Positions 18,340 to 28,605 of a stretch of DNA of 64,000 bases are shown here, piece by piece (position 1 is the stretch's first letter; each line of letters opens with the position of its first letter). The position numbers were made by a program, and so were the translations under genes. Below the pieces are notes generated by a model. It saw only the letters and a list, made by a program, of their open reading frames with translations, did not search any database and was not told where the DNA came from. The DNA comes from an uncultured virus (IMG/VR IMGVR_UViG_3300010160_000038) (Duplodnaviria; Heunggongvirae; Uroviricota; Caudoviricetes), in the IMG/VR virus record IMGVR_UViG_3300010160_000038, one strand, 5' to 3'.

Positions 18340-19947
18340 ATGATTAAACACATATTAACAATATTATTAATATTTCTAGCATTTAATTTGAATGCTACAA
18401 ATTATTATATTTCGACAACAGGTAATAATGCAAATAATGGATTAACATCTGGAACAGCTAAAGCAACTTTGGCAAATATTTTCTCATCTTTTAATTTAGC
18501 CGCTAATGATACAGTTTTTGTTTTAGCGGGTACATATACGGAAACCGGTATAACAGTTGGTACTAATGATGAAGGTTTTATTATATATGGTGTACCATAT
18601 TCATATCCAAGTGGAAGTCCAACATCTATATTTGATGCCACTTCAACTTCAAGATGGTTATTATTAAATAATACAAATAATGATAATATTACTATCCAAA
18701 ATTTAACTATAAAGGATTATAAAAATTCAGATGGTGGTTCACCTGGTGGTGGTGGTGCAATTAAAGTTATTGCTGGTTGTATTGGACTAACAATTAATTA
18801 TTGTATTTTTAACAATTGTGATACTAGAACTGCATCTTTAAATCATAGAGGTGGTGCTATATATTCAGCTGAAGCTATTACTGTTAAATATTCAAGTTTT
18901 TATAATTGTGATTCAGAATATCATGGTGGTGCTATTTCAGTTGAATTATCACCAGCTGGAAACTCATCTATTAGTTATTGTAAATTCTATTCAAATAATT
19001 GTTCTAATTATGGTGGTGCAATTTATTATGATATTACTACTAGTAAATCATTAACACTTACTAATTGTTTATTTTATGAAAATAATAATACAAATGGTCA
19101 TGCTGTTATAGTTTGTACTGGTTCAACTAGTATAATGAATATAATAAATTGCACGATTACAAAAAATGGAAATGTTAGTAATGGGACTGGTGGTGTTTTG
19201 GCATTAGCATCAGGTAAAATATATCTAACAAATACTATTGTATATTCTAATATAGGTACTACATATAATGATATTTATAATAATACATCAACTATTACAT
19301 TGACTAATTGTTGCTATGGTAGTGCATCTGAAATAAATTCAATAAATACAAATACTTCACCACTTGTAGCAAATCCATCTTTTACAGATGCTACTAATGA
19401 TGATTATACATTATCTAGTTCATCAAGTTGTAAAAATGTTGGAACATCAACTGGTGCACCAAGTGATGATATTTTAACATATTTAAGAGATGGATTAATT
19501 GATATAGGGGCTTATGAATATGGTGCTATACCTTTACCAATTGAATTATTATATTTTAGTGGTGTTAGGTATAATGAAAATAATTTTATATATTGGTCAA
19601 CAGCTTCAGAATATATAAATGATTATTATGAAATAGAAAAGTCTAGTGATGGGTTAGATTTTAGAACAATATCTATAATAAATGGTTGTGGTAGCTGTAG
19701 TTATACTAACAAGTATAATATTATAGATTATAATGTTGATAATATAATTAACTATTATAGAATGAAGCAAGTTGATATGGATGGTAAATATGTTTATTAT
19801 GATATTATTTCAATCGATAATAGGAATAATGGATATATTGAATATAAAACTTATAATCTATTGGGACAAGAAATAGATGAGAAAAAATCAACAGGTGTTA
19901 TATTATATAAATATTCAAATGGGAATACTATAATGTTGATGAAATAA
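18340..19947 (+). CDS. Secreted parallel beta-helix protein with Bacteroidota T9SS-substrate-like C-terminus
   Basis: Signal peptide, YYISTTGN, GGAI repeats, IDIGAYE, PLPIELLYF..W.TASE..YYRMKQVD.DG, YNLLGQ. Confidence 0.8.
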   Translation: MIKHILTILLIFLAFNLNATNYYISTTGNNANNGLTSGTAKATLANIFSSFNLAANDTVFVLAGTYTETGITVGTNDEGFIIYGVPYSYPSGSPTSIFDATSTSRWLLLNNTNNDNITIQNLTIKDYKNSDGGSPGGGGAIKVIAGCIGLTINYCIFNNCDTRTASLNHRGGAIYSAEAITVKYSSFYNCDSEYHGGAISVELSPAGNSSISYCKFYSNNCSNYGGAIYYDITTSKSLTLTNCLFYENNNTNGHAVIVCTGSTSIMNIINCTITKNGNVSNGTGGVLALASGKIYLTNTIVYSNIGTTYNDIYNNTSTITLTNCCYGSASEINSINTNTSPLVANPSFTDATNDDYTLSSSSSCKNVGTSTGAPSDDILTYLRDGLIDIGAYEYGAIPLPIELLYFSGVRYNENNFIYWSTASEYINDYYEIEKSSDGLDFRTISIINGCGSCSYTNKYNIIDYNVDNIINYYRMKQVDMDGKYVYYDIISIDNRNNGYIEYKTYNLLGQEIDEKKSTGVILYKYSNGNTIMLMK

Positions 19948-19976
19948 AACCTAACTTTTATAAGTTAGGTTTTTTT
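19946..19976. terminator. Bidirectional terminator
   Basis: AAAACCTAACTT..AAGTTAGGTTTTTTT. Confidence 0.8.
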
Positions 19977-20104
19977 CTGTTATCAATTACAATTCTTTTA
20001 CAACCATGGCATACAATAATTGGTCCTTTTGGTGTCATTATTGGTTCTTTATCACATTTGGATTCACATCTTTTAGTTCCGGCTGGTGCATATTTATCAT
20101 TCAT
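19958..20104 (-). CDS. 48-aa Cys-rich protein (CESKC...CHGC)
   Basis: Hand-translated; TATATTTG upstream. Confidence 0.5.
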   Translation of the reverse strand: MNDKYAPAGTKRCESKCDKEPIMTPKGPIIVCHGCKRIVIDNRKKPNL

Positions 20105-20166
20105 ATCATAATATTTTAAACAAATATACAAAAAAAAATATAAATTATAAATAAATTATAAAAAAT

Positions 20167-21009
20167 ATGAATGTATTAAGTCTTTTCGATGGAATATCCT
20201 GTGGACAAATAGCTTTAAATAAGCAAGGAATTAAATATAATAAATATTATGCTTGTGAAATTGATCAACCAGCAATTAATATAACACAACATAATTACCC
20301 TGAAACAATCCAATTGGGTGATGTTACAAAAGTGAGTGCTTCTGATTTGCCTAAAATTGATTTAATTATTGGTGGTTCCCCATGTCAATCATTTTCAGCT
20401 TTGGGTAAAGGTGAAGGTTTTGATGGTAAATCTGGATTATTCTTTGAATATGTTAGATTATTAGAAGAAGTGAGAAAAGTAAATCCAGATGTTTTATTTT
20501 TACTTGAAAATGTTAAAATGAAAAAAGAATGGAGAGATGTTATAACACAACATATGGGTGTTGAACCAATTGAAATTAATTCATCTTTAGTTTCGGCTGC
20601 TAAAAGAACACGTTTATATTGGACAAATATTAAAGGTGTTACTGTTCCTAAAGATAAAAATATATCATTTGATGATATTGATGATGGTACTAGAAATTGG
20701 ATTGAAGATGAAAGAATTGCTAAAATTGCAGCTTGGAAGGCTCAACAAAAACCTTTGAAAAATGCTACAACAATTGGTTCTAGAGGTAAATTGCCTTGTT
20801 TAACAGCAAGAGGTTATAATCAATATCATTCAGGAATGATTCTTATAACAGATGGTCAGAATTATAGATATTTGACCAATGAAGAGGCAGAGAAAGCTCA
20901 TAACTTACCAGTAGGTTATACATCAATTGGTAATGATAGAGAGCGTTCACATGCTATTGGTAATGGTTGGACAGTTGATGTTATAGCACATATATTTTCA
21001 CATATATAA
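20167..21009 (+). CDS. DNA (cytosine-5) methyltransferase, fourth paralog
   Basis: LSLFDG, GGSPCQ, ENV, KRTR, GNGWTV. Confidence 0.95.
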   Translation: MNVLSLFDGISCGQIALNKQGIKYNKYYACEIDQPAINITQHNYPETIQLGDVTKVSASDLPKIDLIIGGSPCQSFSALGKGEGFDGKSGLFFEYVRLLEEVRKVNPDVLFLLENVKMKKEWRDVITQHMGVEPIEINSSLVSAAKRTRLYWTNIKGVTVPKDKNISFDDIDDGTRNWIEDERIAKIAAWKAQQKPLKNATTIGSRGKLPCLTARGYNQYHSGMILITDGQNYRYLTNEEAEKAHNLPVGYTSIGNDRERSHAIGNGWTVDVIAHIFSHI

Positions 21010-21038
21010 AAAGTGATTATAAAATTAATATATAGATA

Positions 21039-21596
21039 ATGAAAATTAAAAAATATATTGATTTTATAAAAGAGGATTTAAATGATGATTTTAATAAATA
21101 TATAGAAGATAATCCTTGTATTGGTGCTAATAATTCTAATTTAAATAGTGTTATTGTAAATTTAGTAGAAACTTTACCATTAGATATTGCTGGTGAATTT
21201 AAATACAGGTTATCTGATGGTGAAGATGTCTCTAAATTGATAAAAGAAATATTAGTTAAAGCTAACAATAAAAAAACAACATTTATTGGTAATATAATAT
21301 TGAATGCTTTAAAAGAACCTTTAAGTGAAGATGATGTTAAAAAAATAAGAACCACTGAACAAATTATCCGTCATTATGAGATGAATAAAAATAATTTAAT
21401 AGAAGAATTTTCAAACTTGAATGATTATGAAGAATTGGAAAATGTTTTAAAATATTCTATTGATTATTATAATGAAGAAGATGATAACTTTAATAGAACA
21501 TTTTCATCTAAAAGAAGAATGAATTCATTTAAAATAAAGACTATAAATAATATTTTAAAATTAATAGAAGAAATAAAATCTAAAAAGGGTTTTTAA
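21039..21596 (+). CDS. Hypothetical protein with CTS-like leader (MKIKKYIDFIKE)
   Basis: ORF; TTAATATATA upstream. Confidence 0.7.
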   Translation: MKIKKYIDFIKEDLNDDFNKYIEDNPCIGANNSNLNSVIVNLVETLPLDIAGEFKYRLSDGEDVSKLIKEILVKANNKKTTFIGNIILNALKEPLSEDDVKKIRTTEQIIRHYEMNKNNLIEEFSNLNDYEELENVLKYSIDYYNEEDDNFNRTFSSKRRMNSFKIKTINNILKLIEEIKSKKGF

Positions 21597-21635
21597 TTTA
21601 AGAAAAAATACTATCTTTATAAAAAAGATTAAAAG

Positions 21636-21830
21636 ATGGAAAATATTAAAAATTATTTCGAAAAGAAAGTAGTTAAATTAAAAAGTGAACACCCCGTTGT
21701 TTCTGAAATTTTAGAAAAGATTAATGAGATTGAGCAAACTAGACAATTGGATTTAATCTCTGGGTTAAAATTAGAAAAAGAAATCATAAAATATGAAGAA
21801 ATTAGTAAAATTATAGACAGATATCTATAA
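21636..21830 (+). CDS. Small hypothetical protein
   Basis: ORF. Confidence 0.55.
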   Translation: MENIKNYFEKKVVKLKSEHPVVSEILEKINEIEQTRQLDLISGLKLEKEIIKYEEISKIIDRYL

Positions 21831-21876
21831 TTTTATTATATTTGTAGAAAAATGATTGCTGAAAATAAATTATAAT

Positions 21877-21906
21877 AAAAAAGCCACTTTAAAAGTGGCT
21901 TTTTTT
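21877..21906. terminator. Bidirectional terminator, same stem as 7509
   Basis: AAAAAAGCCACTTTAAAAGTGGCTTTTTTT. Confidence 0.85.
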
Positions 21907-22135
21907 ATTTTTTAAATTCTTTTAAATTACTAAATGTTAAATTTAAAAGTTCCTTTTGATAATCATAAAAAAGATTTGTAGTTTTAACTGTATTAATATA
22001 CATTTTACTAAATATATCTTTTGTTAAATTATCATCATAGTTAAATACACCAGTATTTAACTTAAAAAATGCATCTGACCAACTCTTAGTTAATTTTGTT
22101 TGCATTTCAATCATATCATTAAAAACATTCATCAT
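21905..22135 (-). CDS. Small hypothetical protein
   Basis: ORF. Confidence 0.5.
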   Translation of the reverse strand: MMNVFNDMIEMQTKLTKSWSDAFFKLNTGVFNYDDNLTKDIFSKMYINTVKTTNLFYDYQKELLNLTFSNLKEFKK

Positions 22136-22164
22136 ATTTTTTTTATTTTTTTTTATTGAAAAGT

Positions 22165-23961
22165 TTAAGATTTAACCCATTTTTTTAATTCATCTAATCT
22201 AGATTTAAAAATTTCCAATTTCTGTTCAAAGAAATCTTCAAAATTTGATTTTTCTTTACCACTAACTATATTTTCCAATTTATTTTCAATTTCTTTTATT
22301 TTCAAAATATATTTTTCAATTAAAGGTTTTACATCTAATGAATAATTATATGCTAAACTATCTGTATTAAAAGCTTTACCTGGTTTTAAATTTAACACTT
22401 CACAATCTTCTTTGGTATAATTGCCTTTTTCAGTTTCATATAATGTTATTGATAATTCATCAATATAATATTTGCTAGATTTGTTAGAATAAACTAATAT
22501 GCTACTAGCAAAATCTAAATCTACATTATTATGTTTTAAATACTCTTCACAGTCCATAAAAGATATTGAAACTGTTTTATCATAATATTTAGAAACTTCA
22601 TCTGTAACATGTGAAAAATTATCTATAGATTGTGTTAAATTATCATTAACCCAAACTATAATAGTTGTTGCATCTTCACTATAAAAATCAGCTTGAAGAA
22701 ATTCTGACCAAGTTGCATCAGATGTATATATATATTCATCTCTAAAATTATCAAAATAAACATCATCATGATCATCTGGGTATGGACCATGTCCTAAAAC
22801 ATTTATTGAACTTCTAGAATATATATATGAATTTACACCAGGTGACCATATAGCCTCCTCTTCAGGTATATATTCCCCATAATATCTTGAATATAAACCA
22901 GAATAATCTTGATATGAGCCATCTGTTTGTGTCAATCCATAAGAATTTTCATCTGTTTCTTCATCATTATGTAATACACCTTCTTCAACATCTAATCTTT
23001 TAAAAGTATCCATATATGGATATGATTCAAATTTAAATTTATCTAATTTTATATTAATTTTATAATCTTCAAACTCTTCACCTCTCCATTGGAAATCTTT
23101 ATATTGGTTAAAGCTAGAACTTAATCTATACATATAATCATTTTCTTCTGCATATTGTTCAAATTTAGTTTTAGTTGAATCATCAATTGTATAAATTCTA
23201 TCTAAATAAAAGATTGGTTTTTCTTTATCCTTTTCTACTTCACAATCATTATTTAATTTCCATAAAAGTGCTCTACCTAATAATTCATCTGAACTATTTG
23301 TTAATATTAATAATTTACATATTTCAGGATTTTTAATATAAATATTAAAGTAGTCTTGACAACTTTCATATCTCATACAAGAATTTCCTAAATCACCACT
23401 TTCTTCTAGATAATTTTTTTTATTATACCAATGTTTAATTTCTTCCCCTTCTACTATTTTAAAAGTTGAACCATTATTAGAATATGATTTGAATAAATTT
23501 ACAAATTCTTCAATTTCTTTATCGCTATATTTATTTTTAAATATTTGTTTAACTAATTTTCCAATTTTTATTTCATTTCTTGGTCTAGTTGTAAAGTTAT
23601 CAATTTCACTAAAATGTTTAATAACAAATGGTCTACTGTACAACGAATTTTCTACATTTTCACCTTCTATTTGTTTTAAAAAAATATCAAATTCATCATT
23701 TCCATAATATTCTTTCTCATCATTCCATTTTTTTAATATTTCTAATGCTTTTTTCATTTGTGAAAATTTAACATAACCTTCCTTATCAGATAGATTTATA
23801 AAAGATATATCTTGTTTTATATCTTCTTGTTCAATATTTAATAAATCTTTGGCTATATTATTTTTCTTAGAAATTTTAATTATCATTTTTCTAAAATCTG
23901 TGGTATAATATAAGAAAGATTCATTTATAGCTTTTTCTAATAAAAATTCTTTATAATTCAT
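22165..23961 (-). CDS. SCM family copy 3 with D/Y-rich repeat tail
   Basis: GDLGNSCMRY, GRALLW, YLDRIY, YPYMDT; CTS-like leader MNYKEFLLE. Confidence 0.8.
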   Translation of the reverse strand: MNYKEFLLEKAINESFLYYTTDFRKMIIKISKKNNIAKDLLNIEQEDIKQDISFINLSDKEGYVKFSQMKKALEILKKWNDEKEYYGNDEFDIFLKQIEGENVENSLYSRPFVIKHFSEIDNFTTRPRNEIKIGKLVKQIFKNKYSDKEIEEFVNLFKSYSNNGSTFKIVEGEEIKHWYNKKNYLEESGDLGNSCMRYESCQDYFNIYIKNPEICKLLILTNSSDELLGRALLWKLNNDCEVEKDKEKPIFYLDRIYTIDDSTKTKFEQYAEENDYMYRLSSSFNQYKDFQWRGEEFEDYKINIKLDKFKFESYPYMDTFKRLDVEEGVLHNDEETDENSYGLTQTDGSYQDYSGLYSRYYGEYIPEEEAIWSPGVNSYIYSRSSINVLGHGPYPDDHDDVYFDNFRDEYIYTSDATWSEFLQADFYSEDATTIIVWVNDNLTQSIDNFSHVTDEVSKYYDKTVSISFMDCEEYLKHNNVDLDFASSILVYSNKSSKYYIDELSITLYETEKGNYTKEDCEVLNLKPGKAFNTDSLAYNYSLDVKPLIEKYILKIKEIENKLENIVSGKEKSNFEDFFEQKLEIFKSRLDELKKWVKS

Positions 23962-23993
23962 AATTTATATATATTAAAAATAATATTTTAAAA

Positions 23994-24161
23994 ATGAAAA
24001 AATATAAAATAAAAGCTGTTAAAATTATTTATTATGAAACAGAAGTTGAAGCAGAATCTAAAGAAGATGTATATAAAATAGCTATAGAAAAAAATGATTT
24101 TAAGATATATAATGAAAGTGAAATTTCAATTTTAGAAAATACAATTAGAAAAATAAAATGA
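23994..24161 (+). CDS. 55-aa hypothetical protein (YETEVEAESKED)
   Basis: Hand-translated; ATGA overlap with next gene. Confidence 0.55.
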   Translation: MKKYKIKAVKIIYYETEVEAESKEDVYKIAIEKNDFKIYNESEISILENTIRKIK

Positions 24162-24550
24162 GAATATCAATAGGTATTGTAATAATTTCTAGAACAACTA
24201 ATAAAATTTTATTAGTGGAAAGAAATGATTATAATAAATATTGGTCAATGATAACAGGTGGTTTTGAAAAAAATGACTTAACACATCTGAATACTATTAA
24301 AAGGGAAATGTATGAAGAATTGGAATTAGATTATAATTTAGTTAATATAAAAAGGGGTTCTATTGAATTTTTAAAAGATAAAAATATGATTTTCAAGTGG
24401 TATATTGGTTTAGTTGATTATGAATTTGATCCAATATTGTGTAATGAAAATTTATCATATGGATGGTTTGATATTAATGAAGTGCCAAATAATTTATATC
24501 CAAATTTAATGGATAAATTACAACAAAGTTTTAAAAAAATATATAAGTAA
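24158..24550 (+). CDS. Nudix hydrolase
   Basis: KILLVER, WSMITGG, KREMYEEL, NENLSYGWF. Confidence 0.8.
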   Translation: MRISIGIVIISRTTNKILLVERNDYNKYWSMITGGFEKNDLTHLNTIKREMYEELELDYNLVNIKRGSIEFLKDKNMIFKWYIGLVDYEFDPILCNENLSYGWFDINEVPNNLYPNLMDKLQQSFKKIYK

Positions 24551-24551
24551 T

Positions 24552-24902
24552 ATGAAATTGAAAATTAATAAAGTGGGTCTTGTTAAATTTGAAAAAAATA
24601 ATAATAAATGGACATGGGATCACACTAAATATAGTGCAAATCAAAACTTATTAATATTAGAATTAATATCTTCTAATATTATAGACTATCCAGAAGATAT
24701 TGCAAAGAAAATATCAGCAATGGTTATTGATTTGAATAATATAAATGGGTTTAAAGTTAAAAGTTATTATAAATGGGATAGTAATTTGCCAACTATCATG
24801 CCTGTTATTGGTATTAAAATAGAAAGTGAGATTAAAAGTTGGATAGAAGGATTGCTTTTATTAAATTATGATCAAAAATTAAGAAAAGAATGGTTAAGTT
24901 AA
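24552..24902 (+). CDS. Hypothetical protein
   Basis: ORF in operon. Confidence 0.55.
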   Translation: MKLKINKVGLVKFEKNNNKWTWDHTKYSANQNLLILELISSNIIDYPEDIAKKISAMVIDLNNINGFKVKSYYKWDSNLPTIMPVIGIKIESEIKSWIEGLLLLNYDQKLRKEWLS

Positions 24903-24910
24903 ATTATTAT

Positions 24911-25444
24911 ATGAGGTATTTTGTTTTTATTTTATTTTTTTTATTTTCTTGTGAAAAGGAAGATATTAATGGTTATACAACATTTAAAATTAAAAAAGAT
25001 AGTCATAAGTCTAATTATTCTTTAAGATTCACTAATAAAAATAATTTAATATTTTTAGTTCAATTTGATTCATCAGCTATTTATAAAACAGTTAGTCCAG
25101 TAAACCAGTGGGATGTTAATAAATTAATAGGAGTAAGTGATGGTGGTTTTCATGGTGCAAACTCTGCAAGATTTGGATGGAGATATGTTGATGGTAATTT
25201 AGAGTTATTGGGTTATACACATTATAAAGGAAAATTTAATTTTGAAAAAATTAAAAATATAAAAATAGGAGAGGTTTATACATTAAATTTATTAATAAAT
25301 GAAAAATATATGTTCATTGTTGATAAAGACACTGTTATTATGGATAGATATCCAAATTATTATTCAAAATCTTATTATCTGTGGCCATATTTTGGTGGTG
25401 ACGAAGTTGCCCCACATGATATAACAATTAAAATTAAATATTAA
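24911..25444 (+). CDS. Lipoprotein
   Basis: MRYFVFILFFLFS-C lipobox followed by EKED; ATG 24911. Confidence 0.7.
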   Translation: MRYFVFILFFLFSCEKEDINGYTTFKIKKDSHKSNYSLRFTNKNNLIFLVQFDSSAIYKTVSPVNQWDVNKLIGVSDGGFHGANSARFGWRYVDGNLELLGYTHYKGKFNFEKIKNIKIGEVYTLNLLINEKYMFIVDKDTVIMDRYPNYYSKSYYLWPYFGGDEVAPHDITIKIKY

Positions 25445-25445
25445 A

Positions 25446-25865
25446 ATGAAAAAAACATTATTAACTTTATTTTTATTGTTGACATTAAATGGTTTAACAC
25501 AAAAACAAAAAAACCGTTTTAATTTCAACATAATGGGTTCATCACCTTTATTTGGTATTTCTTATGAAAGACAATTTTATAATTTTGGCTATGAATTTGG
25601 TATAGGTATTATATCTACTAATACAGGATTAAAATATTATATTTTAAATAATGAATATAACAAAATAAAACCTTATGTGTCAATATATCACATTTTAAAT
25701 TTTAGATCATTAGACGCTGGTTGGAAAACTTATATACCAGTTGGTATAATGTATGATAAAAATAATTGGGGTTTATCTTTAGAAGCTGGTTTAATGGCAA
25801 ATTGGTGGGATAGAAAACCGTATAACAATATTGGTTTTGGTTTAAAATATGGATTTAAATTTTAA
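25446..25865 (+). CDS. Putative small outer-membrane beta-barrel protein
   Basis: Signal peptide, alternating strands, C-terminal GFGLKYGFKF. Confidence 0.65.
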   Translation: MKKTLLTLFLLLTLNGLTQKQKNRFNFNIMGSSPLFGISYERQFYNFGYEFGIGIISTNTGLKYYILNNEYNKIKPYVSIYHILNFRSLDAGWKTYIPVGIMYDKNNWGLSLEAGLMANWWDRKPYNNIGFGLKYGFKF

Positions 25866-26311
25866 GATTTAAGATTTATTATTTCTTTTAAAATAACAGC
25901 TCTTTCATAATCTTCATTATCTAATGCATATTTTAATTCTATTTCTAATTGCTCAATAGATAATGTGTTATAATCTATATGTGGGTTTCTTAAAACATCA
26001 ATTAAATTTGAAATATCTTCATCTTGTATTCTTACACTAAAACCAGATGGTTTTATATTATACATTATATCCAAAAATGGTCCATATACATCCATTATAT
26101 AATGTGGATTATTAACATCTATCCTTCTAAGAACTGAGAACATACAACCTGTTATAGTATCTATATAAGCATATTTATAAGCTATTTTAAGCATCATTAA
26201 CTCATCTAAATTTAAATAGTCAACTGGAATATCATATTCAACTAAAAATGTTTTTATATCATCTTTATTTTCAAATTTATCCAAATCTATACTTACTAGG
26301 TCGAATCTCAT
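25862..26311 (-). CDS. Protein with C-terminal UVR (UvrB/UvrC) motif
   Basis: LEIELKYALDNEDYERAVILKEII. Confidence 0.7.
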   Translation of the reverse strand: MRFDLVSIDLDKFENKDDIKTFLVEYDIPVDYLNLDELMMLKIAYKYAYIDTITGCMFSVLRRIDVNNPHYIMDVYGPFLDIMYNIKPSGFSVRIQDEDISNLIDVLRNPHIDYNTLSIEQLEIELKYALDNEDYERAVILKEIINLKS

Positions 26312-26313
26312 TT

Positions 26314-26844
26314 TTATTTATTATTTATAATATCCCTTAAAACTATTGCTAATTCAAAATCTTCATTTTTTATAGCATCATTTAATTTTTTATTCAATTC
26401 ACTTAAAGTAAGTGTTGAATAAATTTTATATTTATCATTTTCTTGAATATAAGTTTTTAAATATTTCAATTCATCTTTTGTTAATGAATCAATACCATAT
26501 TTATCAATTCTTTCCATTAGATAATTATAATCATATTTTACACTTCCTAATGGTTTCTCAATGATTATCCTAGATAATGGTGAAAAAGGTGGGTGATAAA
26601 ATAAACTAGAAAGTTCCATATTTTTATTATTAAAATATTGTTCTAAATCATTCTTTCTAATACCAAAAATCATTTCATTTGAAATTATGTCCCAGTAAAT
26701 GAATTTAAACCCTTGTTCTTTTAATTTCATTATTTCATTTGGTATAAATTTATCTAATGGTAAGGAATGCATTGTTGCATATGTATGTATCATATTTGTT
26801 TCAAAAAATATGTCCAAATCAATTTTAATAATATCAAATTTCAT
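26314..26844 (-). CDS. Paralog with DUF6576-like and UVR motifs
   Basis: IDKYGIDSLTKDELKYL; LNDAIKNEDFELAIVLRDII; N-terminus MKFDII similar to neighbour MRFDLV. Confidence 0.7.
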   Translation of the reverse strand: MKFDIIKIDLDIFFETNMIHTYATMHSLPLDKFIPNEIMKLKEQGFKFIYWDIISNEMIFGIRKNDLEQYFNNKNMELSSLFYHPPFSPLSRIIIEKPLGSVKYDYNYLMERIDKYGIDSLTKDELKYLKTYIQENDKYKIYSTLTLSELNKKLNDAIKNEDFELAIVLRDIINNK

Positions 26845-26867
26845 ATATTATATATTAAATAATAATA

Positions 26868-27572
26868 TTAAAATTGATAACCAAATCTTATTTGGTATAA
26901 AAATGTAGGTGTAAAATGACCATTCATATCATTATATACTTGAATACCACCTAATGGTGTTATTGTGAAATAATTTCTATAATTAGTTTTTTCTGGACCT
27001 ACTAATACTTTATAACCTAGATCAATACCAGCTCCAAATGTATTAAATCTATCTTTTAATTGAATATTATTAAATTGTCCACCACCAGCTCTTAATTGTA
27101 TAAAACAACCTTCTCCAGATGAATTTGGAACAAAATAATATCTACCAAATGCTTCTATTTTATAACCTTTATAATATTGATTAAGAGTATATAGATGTAA
27201 TATACCACCATAAGTTAAATTTTCAGTTTTTGTTTCATTTTCAAATTCTAATCTTATTTTAGAAATTCCAAAATTTACTAAACTTATCCCAGTTGAACCA
27301 GATATGTGTGTTATAAAATTTTTATCTCTAATGTAATTTACATTATAGATAGAATCCATTATTCTAGTTGTATCAGGTATTTTAGTTGGGTCAATTATTT
27401 TAATTGGGTTATATATATTATCTTGTGAGTAAAAACAAGATAAAGGTAAATCTTTTTTTCCAAAATTTTTTATAGGTGATCTGTATATTTCATTGTTGTT
27501 TGGTTCGTATGTTATTACAAAACCTAGTATAATAAATGACAGTATGATGAATGAGTTTATAATTTTTTTCAT
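26868..27572 (-). CDS. Putative outer-membrane beta-barrel protein
   Basis: N-terminal hydrophobic segment, GRYYF, GIDLGYK, C-terminal RFGYQF. Confidence 0.65.
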   Translation of the reverse strand: MKKIINSFIILSFIILGFVITYEPNNNEIYRSPIKNFGKKDLPLSCFYSQDNIYNPIKIIDPTKIPDTTRIMDSIYNVNYIRDKNFITHISGSTGISLVNFGISKIRLEFENETKTENLTYGGILHLYTLNQYYKGYKIEAFGRYYFVPNSSGEGCFIQLRAGGGQFNNIQLKDRFNTFGAGIDLGYKVLVGPEKTNYRNYFTITPLGGIQVYNDMNGHFTPTFLYQIRFGYQF

Positions 27573-27681
27573 GACTAGATTTTTAATTTTCTTTTTTAAT
27601 ATATATTATATTGAAAATATATTTTTTTAAATTAAACCCTTATTTTAGAGCAATTTAGATAATTAAGAAATAAAAAAAATT

Positions 27682-27951
27682 ATGAAATATATAAAAACAT
27701 ATGAAGCTTATAACGATATTAATCAATTCACATGGGATGTTGTTGATTTATTATATAAGTATTCTATAAATTCATCAGATATAAATAAGTATATAGAATT
27801 CTATTCTGATGAAATAGTTAATTACTACAATGATGGTAAAATGCCTAGTGATTTTGTAACCAAAATTGTAAATGATTTAGAATTGGGTGAAAAAAGTGGT
27901 TTACCATTTTACACATTAAAAAAACAATCAAATGTTATAACATATTTATGA
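27682..27951 (+). CDS. Hypothetical protein with CTS-like leader (MKYIKTYEAY)
   Basis: ORF. Confidence 0.6.
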   Translation: MKYIKTYEAYNDINQFTWDVVDLLYKYSINSSDINKYIEFYSDEIVNYYNDGKMPSDFVTKIVNDLELGEKSGLPFYTLKKQSNVITYL

Positions 27952-27954
27952 TTT

Positions 27955-27984
27955 AAAAAACCCCACTAATTGTGGAGTTTTTTT
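27955..27984. terminator. Bidirectional terminator
   Basis: AAAAAACCCCAC-TAATT-GTGGAGTTTTTTT. Confidence 0.7.
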
Positions 27985-27986
27985 AT

Positions 27987-28571
27987 TTATTGTTCTTTTG
28001 ATTTTTTATCCAAGAAATCTTTTTCATCTTCAGATAATGATGAAATACCATTCCTATTAATTTTATCAAGAATTTCATCGATATTAAGTGATATATCTTC
28101 TTTAAAATCTTTTTGGATATTATCTTTTATGATTTCCACTGAAACAATAGAATTGTCAACTTCTGGAATTGTATTTTTGATATAATCATATCCATGATAT
28201 TCATATTCTAGTAACATTCTGACTTTTGTTATTTCAGCAACTGTTTTATAAACAACATCTGGTATAAAACCTTTTTGAAATCTATCACTTATGGTAAGGT
28301 ATCCCATTCTCAATGTAAGACTAACTCTTACTTTAGATAATTCATGGTCTAATCTTTCATTATATTCCATTTGGAACATTTTCCCAAGTGATTCTTGATA
28401 ATCCTCATTATATTTTTTATTTACAAATGAGCCATAAGAGTAATAAAACTTTAATTTAGTTTCATCTATGTCATCTTTTCTAAGTGAAAGTGATTTCACC
28501 TTTTTAACCCATTTCTTAATTTTGGGAAAGTTCTTTTGAACTTCATCATAACCAACTTCAATAGTCATCAT
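27987..28571 (-). CDS. Hypothetical protein with C-terminal DUF6576-like motif
   Basis: IDEILDKINRNGISSLSEDEKDFL. Confidence 0.7.
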   Translation of the reverse strand: MMTIEVGYDEVQKNFPKIKKWVKKVKSLSLRKDDIDETKLKFYYSYGSFVNKKYNEDYQESLGKMFQMEYNERLDHELSKVRVSLTLRMGYLTISDRFQKGFIPDVVYKTVAEITKVRMLLEYEYHGYDYIKNTIPEVDNSIVSVEIIKDNIQKDFKEDISLNIDEILDKINRNGISSLSEDEKDFLDKKSKEQ

Positions 28572-28605
28572 AATTTATTATTTAATTATTTTAAATATTA
28601 TAGAT

